Shown here piece by piece: positions 31,041-40,409 of a stretch of DNA of 64,000 nt. Position 1 is the first letter of the stretch, and each line of letters starts with the position of its first letter. The notes below the pieces were generated by a model. It did no database searches, was not told where the DNA came from, and saw only the letters and a list, made by a program, of their open reading frames with translations. A program made the position numbers and the translations under genes. Source of the DNA: Rhodothermales bacterium (GTDB lineage: Bacteria > Bacteroidota > Rhodothermia > Rhodothermales > VXPQ01); the NCBI GenBank assembly GCA_965248175.1, contig OZ252093.1, positions 2,429,449 to 2,493,448 of the forward strand. The letters run 5' to 3'.

Positions 31041-31055
31041 GACGATGCCCTCTCG

Positions 31056-31739
31056 CTACAACTCGCCACGGCCCTTCATGCCTTGCGCCGGGCGGAAGGA
31101 ACGGATCCGATTCTCCGTTCCCCTGAATAAGCGGCGTATGTTGGTCCGGTGCGCAACAATAATGCCCACCGTGATCGCAATCCCGAAAACAAGCAGGCTC
31201 GGATCAACCCTCTCTATGTCGAATACATAGCGCCGGATAGCCACCACGGACGGGAAAGCCGCTGCCGCAGAAAGCGAGGCCAGCGAAACGTACCGTGAAG
31301 AAAGCAGCACGATCAGGAAGATAGCCAGGGTAATCCCCATGGTGGCCGGCGTCAGGGCAAACAGTACCCCGGCAGCGGTGTTTACGCCCTTGCCTCCTCG
31401 AAAACCGGCCCACACCGGATATATATGTCCGATAATCGCCGCCACACCCGCCAGGAGCCGCACGACCACTTCCATTTGCCAGACGGCAAACCCTGCAGGA
31501 AGCGCATCCAGCCGGAGCGATGCGATGACGCCGGCGGCCAGCAGTCCCTTACCCAGGTCCACGAGCGAGGCAAGCACCCCGGCTTTCCATCCGAGCACCC
31601 GGAAAACGTTTGTTGCCCCGGCATTGCTGCTCCCGTGCAGGCGGATATCCACGCCGTGCATCCATTTGCCTATCCAGACACTGCCGGGTACGGAACCCAC
31701 CAGATAGCTCAGGATCACAATAACAGCGAGAGACAACAT
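31056..31739 (-). CDS. plsY: glycerol-3-phosphate acyltransferase PlsY
   Basis: Start reset to MLSLAVIVILSYLVGSVPGS. GSSNAGATNVFRVLG and FRGGKGV motifs. Confidence 0.93.
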   Translation of the reverse strand: MLSLAVIVILSYLVGSVPGSVWIGKWMHGVDIRLHGSSNAGATNVFRVLGWKAGVLASLVDLGKGLLAAGVIASLRLDALPAGFAVWQMEVVVRLLAGVAAIIGHIYPVWAGFRGGKGVNTAAGVLFALTPATMGITLAIFLIVLLSSRYVSLASLSAAAAFPSVVAIRRYVFDIERVDPSLLVFGIAITVGIIVAHRTNIRRLFRGTENRIRSFRPAQGMKGRGEL

Positions 31740-31924
31740 GGCGCGAGGAAGGCAGGAAATTACTTCGGGTATATGTGAACACGCCGAGCGCCCCAACAGG
31801 TTTCCGGGGCTGCTGTACGAGAGCAATGATTACACGTGCGTAACAGTATCGATTCCGGCCTCCGGAAGGGTATACGGGGGAAACCGGCAGTGGATTCGTT
31901 TCTGTCTCTCCAGGGGGTTCCCGT

Positions 31925-33124
31925 TCACACCTGATCCAGTGCCTGCACGAGGTCTGCCGCGATGTCCTCCGGGTCTTCGATACCTACCGAAAGCCGCACC
32001 AGGTTGTCGCCGATACCCAGCTGCGCTCGCCGCTTTGGACCGATATTCTTGTGCGTCGTGGTAGCCGGATGCGTCATCAGCGAGTGGACATCGCCGAGAC
32101 TCGTTGCGCAAACCACCAACTGCAGAGCATTGGCGAACCGGAAGACGGCGGCCTCATCGGCGTCGCGTATCTCGAAACTCACCATGCCGCCGTATAGGGT
32201 ATCGCCGTCGGAACCGCGGTCGAACAGATTCTCTGCAACCGCCTTGTCGGGATGGCTGTCGAGTCCGGGATAATGTACTGCCTCGACCCAGGGATGCTCT
32301 TCGAGCACTTGCGCCACATGCAAGGCGTTCCGGCAGTGTTCTTCCATGCGCATTGGAAGCGTCTTGATGCCCCGCATTGTCAAAAACGAATGAAAAGGAC
32401 CGAGATTCGGACCCAGATGGCGACCCAACTCCTGCATCCAGTCCGCATGGGCTTCACGACAGACCGTTACCCCGCCCAGCACATCCGCATGGCCTGCAAG
32501 GTACTTGGTGGCGCTGTGCATGACGATATCGGCGCCGACATCGAAAGGCCGGTTCAGGATGGGCGTGGTGAAGGTGGCGTCCACCACTACGGGCACGCCA
32601 TGACGTTTGGCGATAGCGCAGATGGCGCCCAGCGGCGTTACCCTGATGAGCGGGTTTGAGACGGTCTCTACAAGGATGCACCCGGTATCGACCTCTTCAA
32701 GCGCTGCTTCGAACGCCTCCGGATTGTAAGGATCCACATAGCGGGTCATCACCTCCTGCTGCTCCATGAGTTGCAGGAGCTGGAAGGTCTCTCCGAACAG
32801 CACTTCCGCAGTCAGGATGGAAGAAGGACGGTCCCTGAGCGCCGTGAGCAGGGCGATGTGCAAGGCCGCCATGCCTGAACTGCACGCCAGCGCACTGTCG
32901 CCGCCCTCCAGCGCAGCCACCTGGCGTTGCAAAGCAGCAGCGGTCGGATTGCCGTAGCGCTGGTAGACGAAGCCCTCCATTTCCCCGTTGGCGACCGCCG
33001 TCATGTCGGCGGCCCGCCGGTAATGGAAACTGGCTGCTGTTTCGATGGCAGGCGCCGAGGGGGCGTACGGCGCATCTCCGCGCTCCGGCATACACCCGTG
33101 GATGGCGAGCGTACTCTGTTTCAT
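31925..33124 (-). CDS. Cys/Met-metabolism PLP-dependent enzyme (cystathionine gamma-synthase / O-acylhomoserine sulfhydrylase / gamma-lyase family)
   Basis: YQRYGNPT and PLP-lysine context HSATKYLAGHADVLGG. 399 aa. Confidence 0.9.
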   Translation of the reverse strand: MKQSTLAIHGCMPERGDAPYAPSAPAIETAASFHYRRAADMTAVANGEMEGFVYQRYGNPTAAALQRQVAALEGGDSALACSSGMAALHIALLTALRDRPSSILTAEVLFGETFQLLQLMEQQEVMTRYVDPYNPEAFEAALEEVDTGCILVETVSNPLIRVTPLGAICAIAKRHGVPVVVDATFTTPILNRPFDVGADIVMHSATKYLAGHADVLGGVTVCREAHADWMQELGRHLGPNLGPFHSFLTMRGIKTLPMRMEEHCRNALHVAQVLEEHPWVEAVHYPGLDSHPDKAVAENLFDRGSDGDTLYGGMVSFEIRDADEAAVFRFANALQLVVCATSLGDVHSLMTHPATTTHKNIGPKRRAQLGIGDNLVRLSVGIEDPEDIAADLVQALDQV

Positions 33125-34299
33125 ACGGCTTCCAGCGCTTGTTCGAGGTCTGCAAGAATATCGTCGATGTCTTCCGCGCCGATGGACAGGCGGACCAGCC
33201 CGTCCGTGATGCCCAGTTGCGCCCGGCGTTCGGGCGAGAGCATCCGGTGCGTCGCGCTGGCCGGGTGCAGCGCCAGCGTGGTCAGATCCCCAATGCTGGC
33301 CGATGTAGCGGCAAGGCGCAGCCGGTCCAGAAAAGCGTAGGCGCCGTCCTGCCCGCCGCGTACATCGACGCCTACAGCGCCGCCTGCCTGCCCCGCAGGG
33401 AACAGTCTCGCTACGACTTCTGCGTCCGGGTGATCCGGATTCCCCGGATACAGGATCCGCTCGATGGCCGGATGCCCGGCCAGTCGCTCAGCCACCAGCC
33501 GGGCGTTTTCGCAGTGCCGTCTCATGCGCAGCGATAGCGTCTTGATCCCCCGCATGACCAGGAATGCCTCGAACGGCCCCGGGTTGGGACCGAGACACCG
33601 GTACACTTGCCTGAGCGCCTCGTGGTGTTCTTCCTGGGCAACCACCGCGCCAGCCAGCACATCCCCGTGGCCTGCAAGGTACTTGGTGGCGCTGTGGATG
33701 ACCATATCTGCGCCATGCTCTATGGGCTTCAGGAGCAGCGGAGTGAACGTGTTGTCCACGAGAAAAAGAGCGCCGGCGTCGTGGGCGATCTCTGCGAGGC
33801 GGTCCAGGTCCGCCACACGCAGACACGGGTTGGACAATGTCTCCATGATGAGCAGAGCGGGACGGATTTCAAGCACGGCTTCGCGCACCGCTTCCAGGTC
33901 GCAAAAGTCGCAGAACCGGACATCGATGCCCGACGGCCTCAGCACGCTTGAAAGCAGTTCGAGACTGCCCCCATAGAGCACATCAGCGGCCACAATCGCC
34001 TGACGACGATCCAGGAGCGCCGTCATGATAGCGAGATGCACCGCTCCCATACCGGAGGCTGTGGCGAACGCTCCGTCCATGCCTTCGAGCGTGGCAATCT
34101 GCTCTTCGAGCGCCCCTGCGCTGGGGTTGCTTATCCGCGAGTACACCTCTCCGGTGCGTTCCTCTGCGAACACCTCGGCAAGGTCCTCTATGCGTTCGTA
34201 GAAGAAGCTCGACGAAGAATAGACCGGGGTCGCCACCGGGATGTAGTCGCCGAGCCGCTTACGGTCACCGGCGTGTACGAGCTTGGTTTGGAGTTTCAT
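33121..34299 (-). CDS. second Cys/Met-metabolism PLP-dependent enzyme (tandem paralog)
   Basis: Start taken at MKLQTKLVHAGD. YSRISNPS and HSATKYLAGHGDVLAG. Its stop overlaps the downstream paralog's start (33121-33124). Confidence 0.9.
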   Translation of the reverse strand: MKLQTKLVHAGDRKRLGDYIPVATPVYSSSSFFYERIEDLAEVFAEERTGEVYSRISNPSAGALEEQIATLEGMDGAFATASGMGAVHLAIMTALLDRRQAIVAADVLYGGSLELLSSVLRPSGIDVRFCDFCDLEAVREAVLEIRPALLIMETLSNPCLRVADLDRLAEIAHDAGALFLVDNTFTPLLLKPIEHGADMVIHSATKYLAGHGDVLAGAVVAQEEHHEALRQVYRCLGPNPGPFEAFLVMRGIKTLSLRMRRHCENARLVAERLAGHPAIERILYPGNPDHPDAEVVARLFPAGQAGGAVGVDVRGGQDGAYAFLDRLRLAATSASIGDLTTLALHPASATHRMLSPERRAQLGITDGLVRLSIGAEDIDDILADLEQALEAV

Positions 34300-34582
34300 A
34301 GGTGTATAGAGCAACCGGCCTGTTTCGGGACGCATGGGAAAAGTCGCGGGTGCGTACGTCCCCGACAATCACGCCTGCCAAGGTACGAAATCCAGCCCTT
34401 CGTATGCACGATATGGAAACCCTCTGGCAGATGCTGCCGCGGGCGCCTTGCGTCGGGCTTAGACAGGACGAAGGCGATGCAACATACGCCTGTGGCCTTG
34501 CCGGGTCAAGATAACCCGGGTTGCCCCGCTTTCACTACCCGGATAACCTGAACCGGGCAGGCAAGCCGCCCATAAGATAACC

Positions 34583-34933
34583 CTATCTGACAATGGTCAT
34601 GGTTTTTGTCAGCGTCTTCGCGCCACTGCCGATCGTCAGGCGGTAGACGTAGGTTCCCGTCGGCAGCCCTCCGGCATCGAATCGGGCCCTGTGCTCCCCT
34701 TGCGGCAGTACGGAATCCACGAGGGTTGCGACAAATCTGCCGGCCACATCGAATACTTCAAGGCGTACGGGGCCGGACTCGTCCAGATAATAGACGATCT
34801 CCGTGGACGGATTGAACGGGTTCGGGTAGTTCTGGGCCAGGGTCGAGGTTTCAGGAAGCTCATCCGCACGATCGACGGACGTTACCCCCTCGACCGCCGT
34901 GAAGGTAAAGGAGGCCGTACCGGTATTAGGGAG
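34583..34933 (-). pseudogene. orphan T9SS C-terminal sorting domain fragment (116 codons, no start)
   Basis: My reverse-strand translation: LPNTGTASFTFTAVEGVTSVDRADELPETSTLAQNYPNPFNPSTEIVYYLDESGPVRLEVFDVAGRFVATLVDSVLPQGEHRARFDAGGLPTGTYVYRLTIGSGAKTLTKTMTIVR*. An in-frame TGA lies immediately upstream (34934-36), and there is no ATG/GTG/TTG before the domain. Confidence 0.75.
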
Positions 34934-35020
34934 TCAGTTCGTCAAGTATCGGAACGAAGGGAGCGTATTGCGTCAGCAGCTCTGCAATGGGTTTAAACGT
35001 GTCTATAAAATCCATTTATA

Positions 35021-36298
35021 GGGGGATTATATAGATAGGTGAAACTTTTCGGGGGCCGGTTACGTACTAAAGAGTAAACAAATCGGAAAAGAAAATGGCT
35101 TATCGGGCGCCCGGACGCAATCACAGAAACGGAATCACGGTCATTGAACTGGCAGAATGTTTCCCCGATGAGGATGCTGCTCGACGCTGGTTCGAGGCGG
35201 TTGTTTGGCCCGATGGTCGATTTTGTCCGCGCTGCAAGGGAGCCGATACATACGAAGGAACGCACAAGACGATGCCTTACCGGTGCAGGGATTGCAACAG
35301 AACGTTTTCCGTACGCACGAAAACGGCGTTGGAATCAAGCAAGGCGCCGCTGAAAAAGTGGGTTTGGGCCATCTACCTTGAAATGACCAGCTTGAAGGGT
35401 ATCTCGAGCATGAAACTGCATCGGGACATTGGGGTAACGCAAACGACGGCGTGGTTCATGCTCCAGCGTATCCGCGAGGCGTTCGCTCCTGCGATAGCCG
35501 AAGCGTTTGAAGGTCCGGTAGAGGTTGATGAAACGTACGTGGGCGGCAAGGAAGCGAACAAGCACGCATCGAAGAAACTACATGCGGGGCGCGGACCGGT
35601 AGGCAAGGCTGCGGTCGTAGGCGCGAAGGACAGGGCCACGAATCGGGTTGTCGCAAAGGTTGTAGACAATACCACCGGCGAAACGCTGCAAGGCTTCGTG
35701 CTTGACCACATGGAATATGGCGCCAAGGTCTATACAGACGATCACCGGGGCTATGTCGGGCTGAAGTATCTGTACGAGCATGAGAGCGTTCAACACAGTG
35801 TCAAGGAGTACGTAAACGGTATGGTCCATACGAACGGGGTGGAATCGTTCTGGGCAACGTTGAAGCGGAGCGTCAACGGCGTGTATCACCATCTGTCGCA
35901 CAAACACCTGCAACGCTACGTGAACCAGTTTTGCGGCAAGCACAATGTCCGGGGCCTCGATACCATCGACCAGATGGAACACGTGGCGGGCTGTCTGGTG
36001 GGCAAGCGCATTATGTACAAAGACCTGATCACTTGACCCTGTACATGCCTCACACATGTTTCAGGAGTAAGCCATGCGGCATGGAATACCTCATGGCATA
36101 TCTGGCAGCATGATGAAACCCGAACCAGACAAGCCGAAGCGAGACCCCACCGCCCCGGAGATTGCCCATTGCTCGAATCCGCGATACGGCGCAATGACGA
36201 TTGCCGAGGCGACACGGTTGTTCATGCGAGAAGGGTGAAAAGGCAACGATTCACCCGGAGACCCCAAACCCGGCGTTCACCTATCTATATAATCCCCC
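35021..36298 (+). mobile_element. IS1595-family insertion sequence (about 1.28 kb) with perfect 23-bp inverted repeats and 8-bp TSD
   Basis: gggggattatatagataggtgaa at 35021-35043 equals the reverse complement of 36276-36298. CATTTATAG is present at both junctions (35013-35021 and 36298-36306), so boundaries are +/-1 nt. Confidence 0.85.
35095..36036 (+). CDS. IS1595-family (ISXO2-like) transposase
   Basis: N-terminal zinc ribbon CPRCKG...YRCRDCNRTFSVRT, then a DDE block (VEVDETYVGG...VYTDDHRGY...TNGVESFW..LKR). Confidence 0.9.
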   Translation: MAYRAPGRNHRNGITVIELAECFPDEDAARRWFEAVVWPDGRFCPRCKGADTYEGTHKTMPYRCRDCNRTFSVRTKTALESSKAPLKKWVWAIYLEMTSLKGISSMKLHRDIGVTQTTAWFMLQRIREAFAPAIAEAFEGPVEVDETYVGGKEANKHASKKLHAGRGPVGKAAVVGAKDRATNRVVAKVVDNTTGETLQGFVLDHMEYGAKVYTDDHRGYVGLKYLYEHESVQHSVKEYVNGMVHTNGVESFWATLKRSVNGVYHHLSHKHLQRYVNQFCGKHNVRGLDTIDQMEHVAGCLVGKRIMYKDLIT

Positions 36299-36718
36299 AT
36301 TTATAGTATTGCTGTCCATGACAAAAGTCACCTTGGCATCACTGTCGAAGACATAATGAGAAGGTAATGGAGGAAGGGTCACCAAAAGAGGTATTACTGC
36401 TATAAGGCTATCTGTTGACTCGTTTACCTCAAATGTAATCAAATTATCAATCGAGATGTCGTCTGTCGATATACTATCCTTGGGTGAAAAATACAAATTG
36501 AGTGTATCGCCTTGCGGCGTTTCAAGGAATGTCATGGTACCCAGGTCCAGGTATTTGTCTATTTCCCCGGATCGGTCCCCCGAATCATCCTCGATCTCCG
36601 ATAATTTCCAGGTTCCTAACAACCTTTCTTTATCGGACAGGGTCTGCGCAGATGCGGACCATGATACCGAAAACATAACGGATAGGATTATCCCAAAAGC
36701 AAGCGATTTCTTTGTCAT
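36281..36718 (-). CDS. small secreted hypothetical protein (lipocalin-like GTWKL motif); 3' end rewritten by the IS1595 insertion
   Basis: Signal peptide MTKKSLAFGIILSVMFSVSWSASAQ. Low-GC ORF. The last codons (..NGGLYR*) are read from inside the IS right end. Confidence 0.5.
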   Translation of the reverse strand: MTKKSLAFGIILSVMFSVSWSASAQTLSDKERLLGTWKLSEIEDDSGDRSGEIDKYLDLGTMTFLETPQGDTLNLYFSPKDSISTDDISIDNLITFEVNESTDSLIAVIPLLVTLPPLPSHYVFDSDAKVTFVMDSNTINGGLYR

Positions 36719-37168
36719 GGCTCTGGGCCTCACTGTAGTGTTAATTAGACAAATAGAGGGAACGCCAGAAACTCCGGGAATCCGTCCCGCTCCGTTGCGG
36801 GCACATCATCCCCGCATGTAGCGGGATTCCAGCGTCAATGTCATGGTAGCAAACCGGATTCCGGATACCGGGAAACGAATGTGTGAGGGCAGGGGCCGTT
36901 CCGATAAGCCATTGTATGACGCTCGTTCCGGGGGGCCTTGATCTCCGCTCGCACGAAGTCCTCCGGCACAACGCTTTGCTCCAGCAAATGCTTGTAATCC
37001 ACTACGTTTCCCCTGGTTCAGGTTAGGTTATCATGGAGAATATAGCATATAGAAACAGGATTGCAAAGGGAGAGATTGACGATCAGGCAAAGGCGAACAA
37101 GTGCCCCTGAACAATCGCCTCATCCGGCCAACCCTGCATGTTCTCAGGCTATCAGGCCGCACGCTCTG

Positions 37169-38167
37169 TCACAACACACAAATCTTCCCGATCTTCCGGG
37201 GTTGCTCACGGAGGTTCTCAAGGATGCGCACGGCGCGATCCGCCTCGCTTGCCGGGACAACGGCAAGCAGCCCCATGCCGAGATTGAACGTGCGCCGCAA
37301 ATCGTCTTCCGGGACGTCTCCGAGGTCCTGAATCAACCGGAAAAGAGGCGGGCGGTCCCAGGCATCGTAGTCGATGTCGAATGTCAGGCCTTCCGGGATG
37401 ATGCGCGGTGTATTGCCGGGAATGCCGCCGCCTGTAACGTGTACGAAACCCTGCCCCACCCCTTGTTCGAGCAGGGCGCGGATGGGCCTGAGATAGGACC
37501 GGTGTACGGCGAGCAGCGCCTCACCGATACTCGTCCCACCCAATGCCTCCGGGCGATCCCCGGGATCGAAGTGCGAAAATAACACGGCGCGGGCCAGCGA
37601 ATAGCCGTTCGTGTGCAGGCCGGTTGAGGGCAGGCCCAGCAGCACATCGCCCGCCTCGATGGCCGACCCATCGACGATCTGCGCCTTTTCGACCACGCCC
37701 ACGATGGCGCCGGCGAGATCGTACTCGCCCTCGCCGTAGAGACCCGGCATTTCCGCCGTCTCCCCTCCGATTAGCGCACATTCGTTCTCTTTGCAGGCAC
37801 TCGCCATGCCCCGGACCACCGCTTCCGCCACATCCGGATCAAGCGTGCCCGTCGAGAAATAATCCAGAAAGAACAGTGGGCTGGCGCCGCACACGGCAAT
37901 ATCGTTTACGCAGTGGTTGACAAGATCCTGCCCCACTGTGTCGTGGCGACCCGTACGGAACGCTACCTTAAGTTTCGTGCCGACCCCATCCACCGAGGAG
38001 ACAAGCAGAGGGCGGTCGTACCCGTCGCCCAGTTCGAAGAAGGCGCCGAAGGCGCCGATGTCCGCAGCCACACCCCTCGTGAAGGTTTCCCGTACGAGCG
38101 GCTTGATGCGGCGCAAGGTTTCTTCGCCTGCGTCAATGTCTACACCGGCGTCGCGATACGTAGTCAT
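37169..38167 (-). CDS. purM: phosphoribosylformylglycinamidine cyclo-ligase (AIR synthetase)
   Basis: MTTYRDAGVDIDAGEE..., DGVGTK, GGETAEMPG. Confidence 0.96.
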   Translation of the reverse strand: MTTYRDAGVDIDAGEETLRRIKPLVRETFTRGVAADIGAFGAFFELGDGYDRPLLVSSVDGVGTKLKVAFRTGRHDTVGQDLVNHCVNDIAVCGASPLFFLDYFSTGTLDPDVAEAVVRGMASACKENECALIGGETAEMPGLYGEGEYDLAGAIVGVVEKAQIVDGSAIEAGDVLLGLPSTGLHTNGYSLARAVLFSHFDPGDRPEALGGTSIGEALLAVHRSYLRPIRALLEQGVGQGFVHVTGGGIPGNTPRIIPEGLTFDIDYDAWDRPPLFRLIQDLGDVPEDDLRRTFNLGMGLLAVVPASEADRAVRILENLREQPRKIGKICVL

Positions 38168-38182
38168 TCCCTTTTCCTGAAG

Positions 38183-39046
38183 TTATCCGCGTGAACGGAA
38201 GGCGGTGCGCCCGAACCTCGCCTGAATGCGGACCTGCATCCGGCTTCGGGCCGAAAGCGCGATCGGCCTGGTCCATACATCATACTCGCGCCGCCGAATT
38301 TCGTGCAGAGCTTCCAGCGCGCCCAGCCACCATCGCTTGAACGCACCGGCCTTGCTGCGCGGCAATTCGAGAGCAAGAGGCTCGGCCAACGCAAAGGCGT
38401 TCTTGGCGCGAATGGTTTGTTTCCACAAAAGCCGTTTCATGGACTCGTCTACCCGCCCCTCGAGGAGCTGCTCGCGCGAAACGCCGTGCTGGACAAGATC
38501 GGTCTCGGTAATGAAAAAACGCCCTTCGGCCACATCGCGTTTCAGAGCCATAAGACGACCTGTCCAGAAAAAACCGCGGGCCAATTCGTCAATGTAGTTG
38601 CGTTGCCACGATCCGGAGATACCTGCAAGGTGGGCGAGCAGGCGAGCGTGCGGACAAACCCATCCAGCCATGAAATCGTTGACCGCGCGGTCATCCGGAA
38701 AACACGCAGGCCCCGCCCACACCCGGGCCGCCGATACTTGCTCGGCCAGCAATGCACGGGGTAATCCTGCCGCCTCGCAAGCGGCAAGAGCCTGATTTGC
38801 CACAGCCTCCGGAATGACACGGAGCGGCTTGCCCGCCATAAGGCGATCACATTCCTCGTCGAAAAAGGCGTCGGCAGGAGACCCGGACGGCGACGCGGAC
38901 GGCAAGGCAAGTAACAAGGCAGGCCGGGCAAGCGCCTGATGAAAATCCCATAGCGCCTGGGCATGTGGAAGTTGCCTGTGGTTCCAGCCATCAAGGTAGA
39001 ATGGCATGGGCAGGGGATCCAGGGTATCGGGCGAAGAAACCGGCAA
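38183..39046 (-). CDS. divergent squalene/phytoene synthase family protein
   Basis: FFDEECD (DxxxD-like), ALKRDVAEGRFFITETDL (second Asp-rich region context) and a C-terminal YDVW...R pattern typical of the SQS_PSY fold. Assignment is by pattern only. Confidence 0.5.
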   Translation of the reverse strand: MPVSSPDTLDPLPMPFYLDGWNHRQLPHAQALWDFHQALARPALLLALPSASPSGSPADAFFDEECDRLMAGKPLRVIPEAVANQALAACEAAGLPRALLAEQVSAARVWAGPACFPDDRAVNDFMAGWVCPHARLLAHLAGISGSWQRNYIDELARGFFWTGRLMALKRDVAEGRFFITETDLVQHGVSREQLLEGRVDESMKRLLWKQTIRAKNAFALAEPLALELPRSKAGAFKRWWLGALEALHEIRRREYDVWTRPIALSARSRMQVRIQARFGRTAFRSRG

Positions 39047-39091
39047 GGAACAGGATGTATTGTTTTCGATTTTTTCGCCGATCCGTACTAC

Positions 39092-40402
39092 CTACGCAAC
39101 AAGATACGGACGCAGAGCCTCCACGGAAGGTAATACTTCCTCGACCGCCGTACCCTGCGTCCCGATCGCCGCCAGCCGATCTGGAACATCCGGTTCGAAG
39201 CCGAGCGCAGCATGTACCGTTTCGGGAAACTTGGCGGGATGCGCCGTAGCCAGCACCACGACAGGCCCCTGTAGCGCGCCAGGTTCGCGCTGACGACGCA
39301 CCGCCTCAAGGCCTACCGCCGTGTGCGGATCGGCCACATAGCCGGTGGTCTCGTAGACCCGACGCATGGACGCAACGGTATCTTCGTCGAGAACACGCTC
39401 TGCACGTATCAGCCGCTGCATAGCCGGACGATCCAGCAAGGCCTGGAGCCTTTCGAAATTGCTGGGTGCGCCGACATCCATCGCATTGGAAAGAGTTCGA
39501 ACCGTAGGAGCGAATCCAGCGTCTTCTCCAGACAGAAAGCGGGGGAAGAAATCGTTGGCGTTGTGCGCCGCAAGAAAGCCCGCCACCGGCAATCCGGACA
39601 AGTGCGCAAGCACTCCCCCCGTCAGGTTACCGAGGTTGCCGCTCGGCACGCAAAACCACGGTTTTTCTGCAGGAAACCGGTTCGCCGCGAGCACATAATA
39701 CATCATCTGCGGCAGTAAACGACCGATATTGATGGAGTTGGCGGAAGAAAGGCCTGCCCCGGCAAACGCCGGATGGACAAACGCTTCTTTTGCCATACGC
39801 TGGCAGTCGTCGAAATCCCCGGTCACACGCAGTGCCTGTACGCCCGGCCTTGACGCAATCAACTGCTGTTCCTGTACCCGGCTTACCTTGTCCTTCGGGT
39901 AAAGCAGTACGACTCGGATCCGGTCCTGCCCGGCGAACCCGTCGGCCACGGCGCTGCCCGTATCGCCCGATGTAGCCACAAGAATCGTCGCATTTTCACC
40001 CCGCTGCTCCAGAAAATAACCCATCCAGCGAGCCATGGTCCGCGCCCCGAAATCCTTGAAGGAGAGCGTGGGGCCATGAAACAGTTCCAGCACGAAGGTA
40101 TCGCTCCACAGCCCGCCCCCCGTTGGGGCGAGGGGTACGAGAGGCGCCGGGAAATCGAGCGCATCCCGGACAATGCGTTCCTGGTCGGGAGCAGGAATTT
40201 CGTCGCCGATCCAGCCTGCGAACACCCTGCAGGCCATGTCCGGGGGCGTATCTCCCTCGAATAGGTGCGCAAAAGGTATGCGAGGTGGATTTTCGGGCAC
40301 ATACAAGCCCCCGTCGGGCGCCAGACCTCGCAAGAGCGCTTCCCCGAACGATACGCTTTCCGTACCCGGTGTACTGCGCGTGCTGCGGTAAGGAATCGCC
40401 AT
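39092..40402 (-). CDS. thrC: threonine synthase
   Basis: Start reset to MAIPYRSTRS.... GLAPDGGLYVP, PLP-lysine context TLSFKDFGAR, SGDTGSA. Confidence 0.93.
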   Translation of the reverse strand: MAIPYRSTRSTPGTESVSFGEALLRGLAPDGGLYVPENPPRIPFAHLFEGDTPPDMACRVFAGWIGDEIPAPDQERIVRDALDFPAPLVPLAPTGGGLWSDTFVLELFHGPTLSFKDFGARTMARWMGYFLEQRGENATILVATSGDTGSAVADGFAGQDRIRVVLLYPKDKVSRVQEQQLIASRPGVQALRVTGDFDDCQRMAKEAFVHPAFAGAGLSSANSINIGRLLPQMMYYVLAANRFPAEKPWFCVPSGNLGNLTGGVLAHLSGLPVAGFLAAHNANDFFPRFLSGEDAGFAPTVRTLSNAMDVGAPSNFERLQALLDRPAMQRLIRAERVLDEDTVASMRRVYETTGYVADPHTAVGLEAVRRQREPGALQGPVVVLATAHPAKFPETVHAALGFEPDVPDRLAAIGTQGTAVEEVLPSVEALRPYLVA

Positions 40403-40409
40403 GAACTTG

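Noticed and set aside
34935-35015. 29-codon reverse-strand mini-ORF (MDFIDTFKPIAELLTQYAPFVPILDELTP*) whose ATG lies in the IS1595 target duplication.
   Set aside because: It is too short, has no recognisable motif and no visible ribosome-binding context. Nothing supports it beyond being an open frame.
36741-37168. About 430-bp gap between the small secreted-protein gene and purM. It contains short broken frames, e.g. ..VVDYKHLLEQSVVPEDFVRAEIKAPRNERHTMAYRNGPCPHTFVSRYPESGLLP* and MQGWPDEAIVQGHLFAFA*.
   Set aside because: I could not tie either peptide to any family from memory. They may be gene relics, but I have no evidence for a call.
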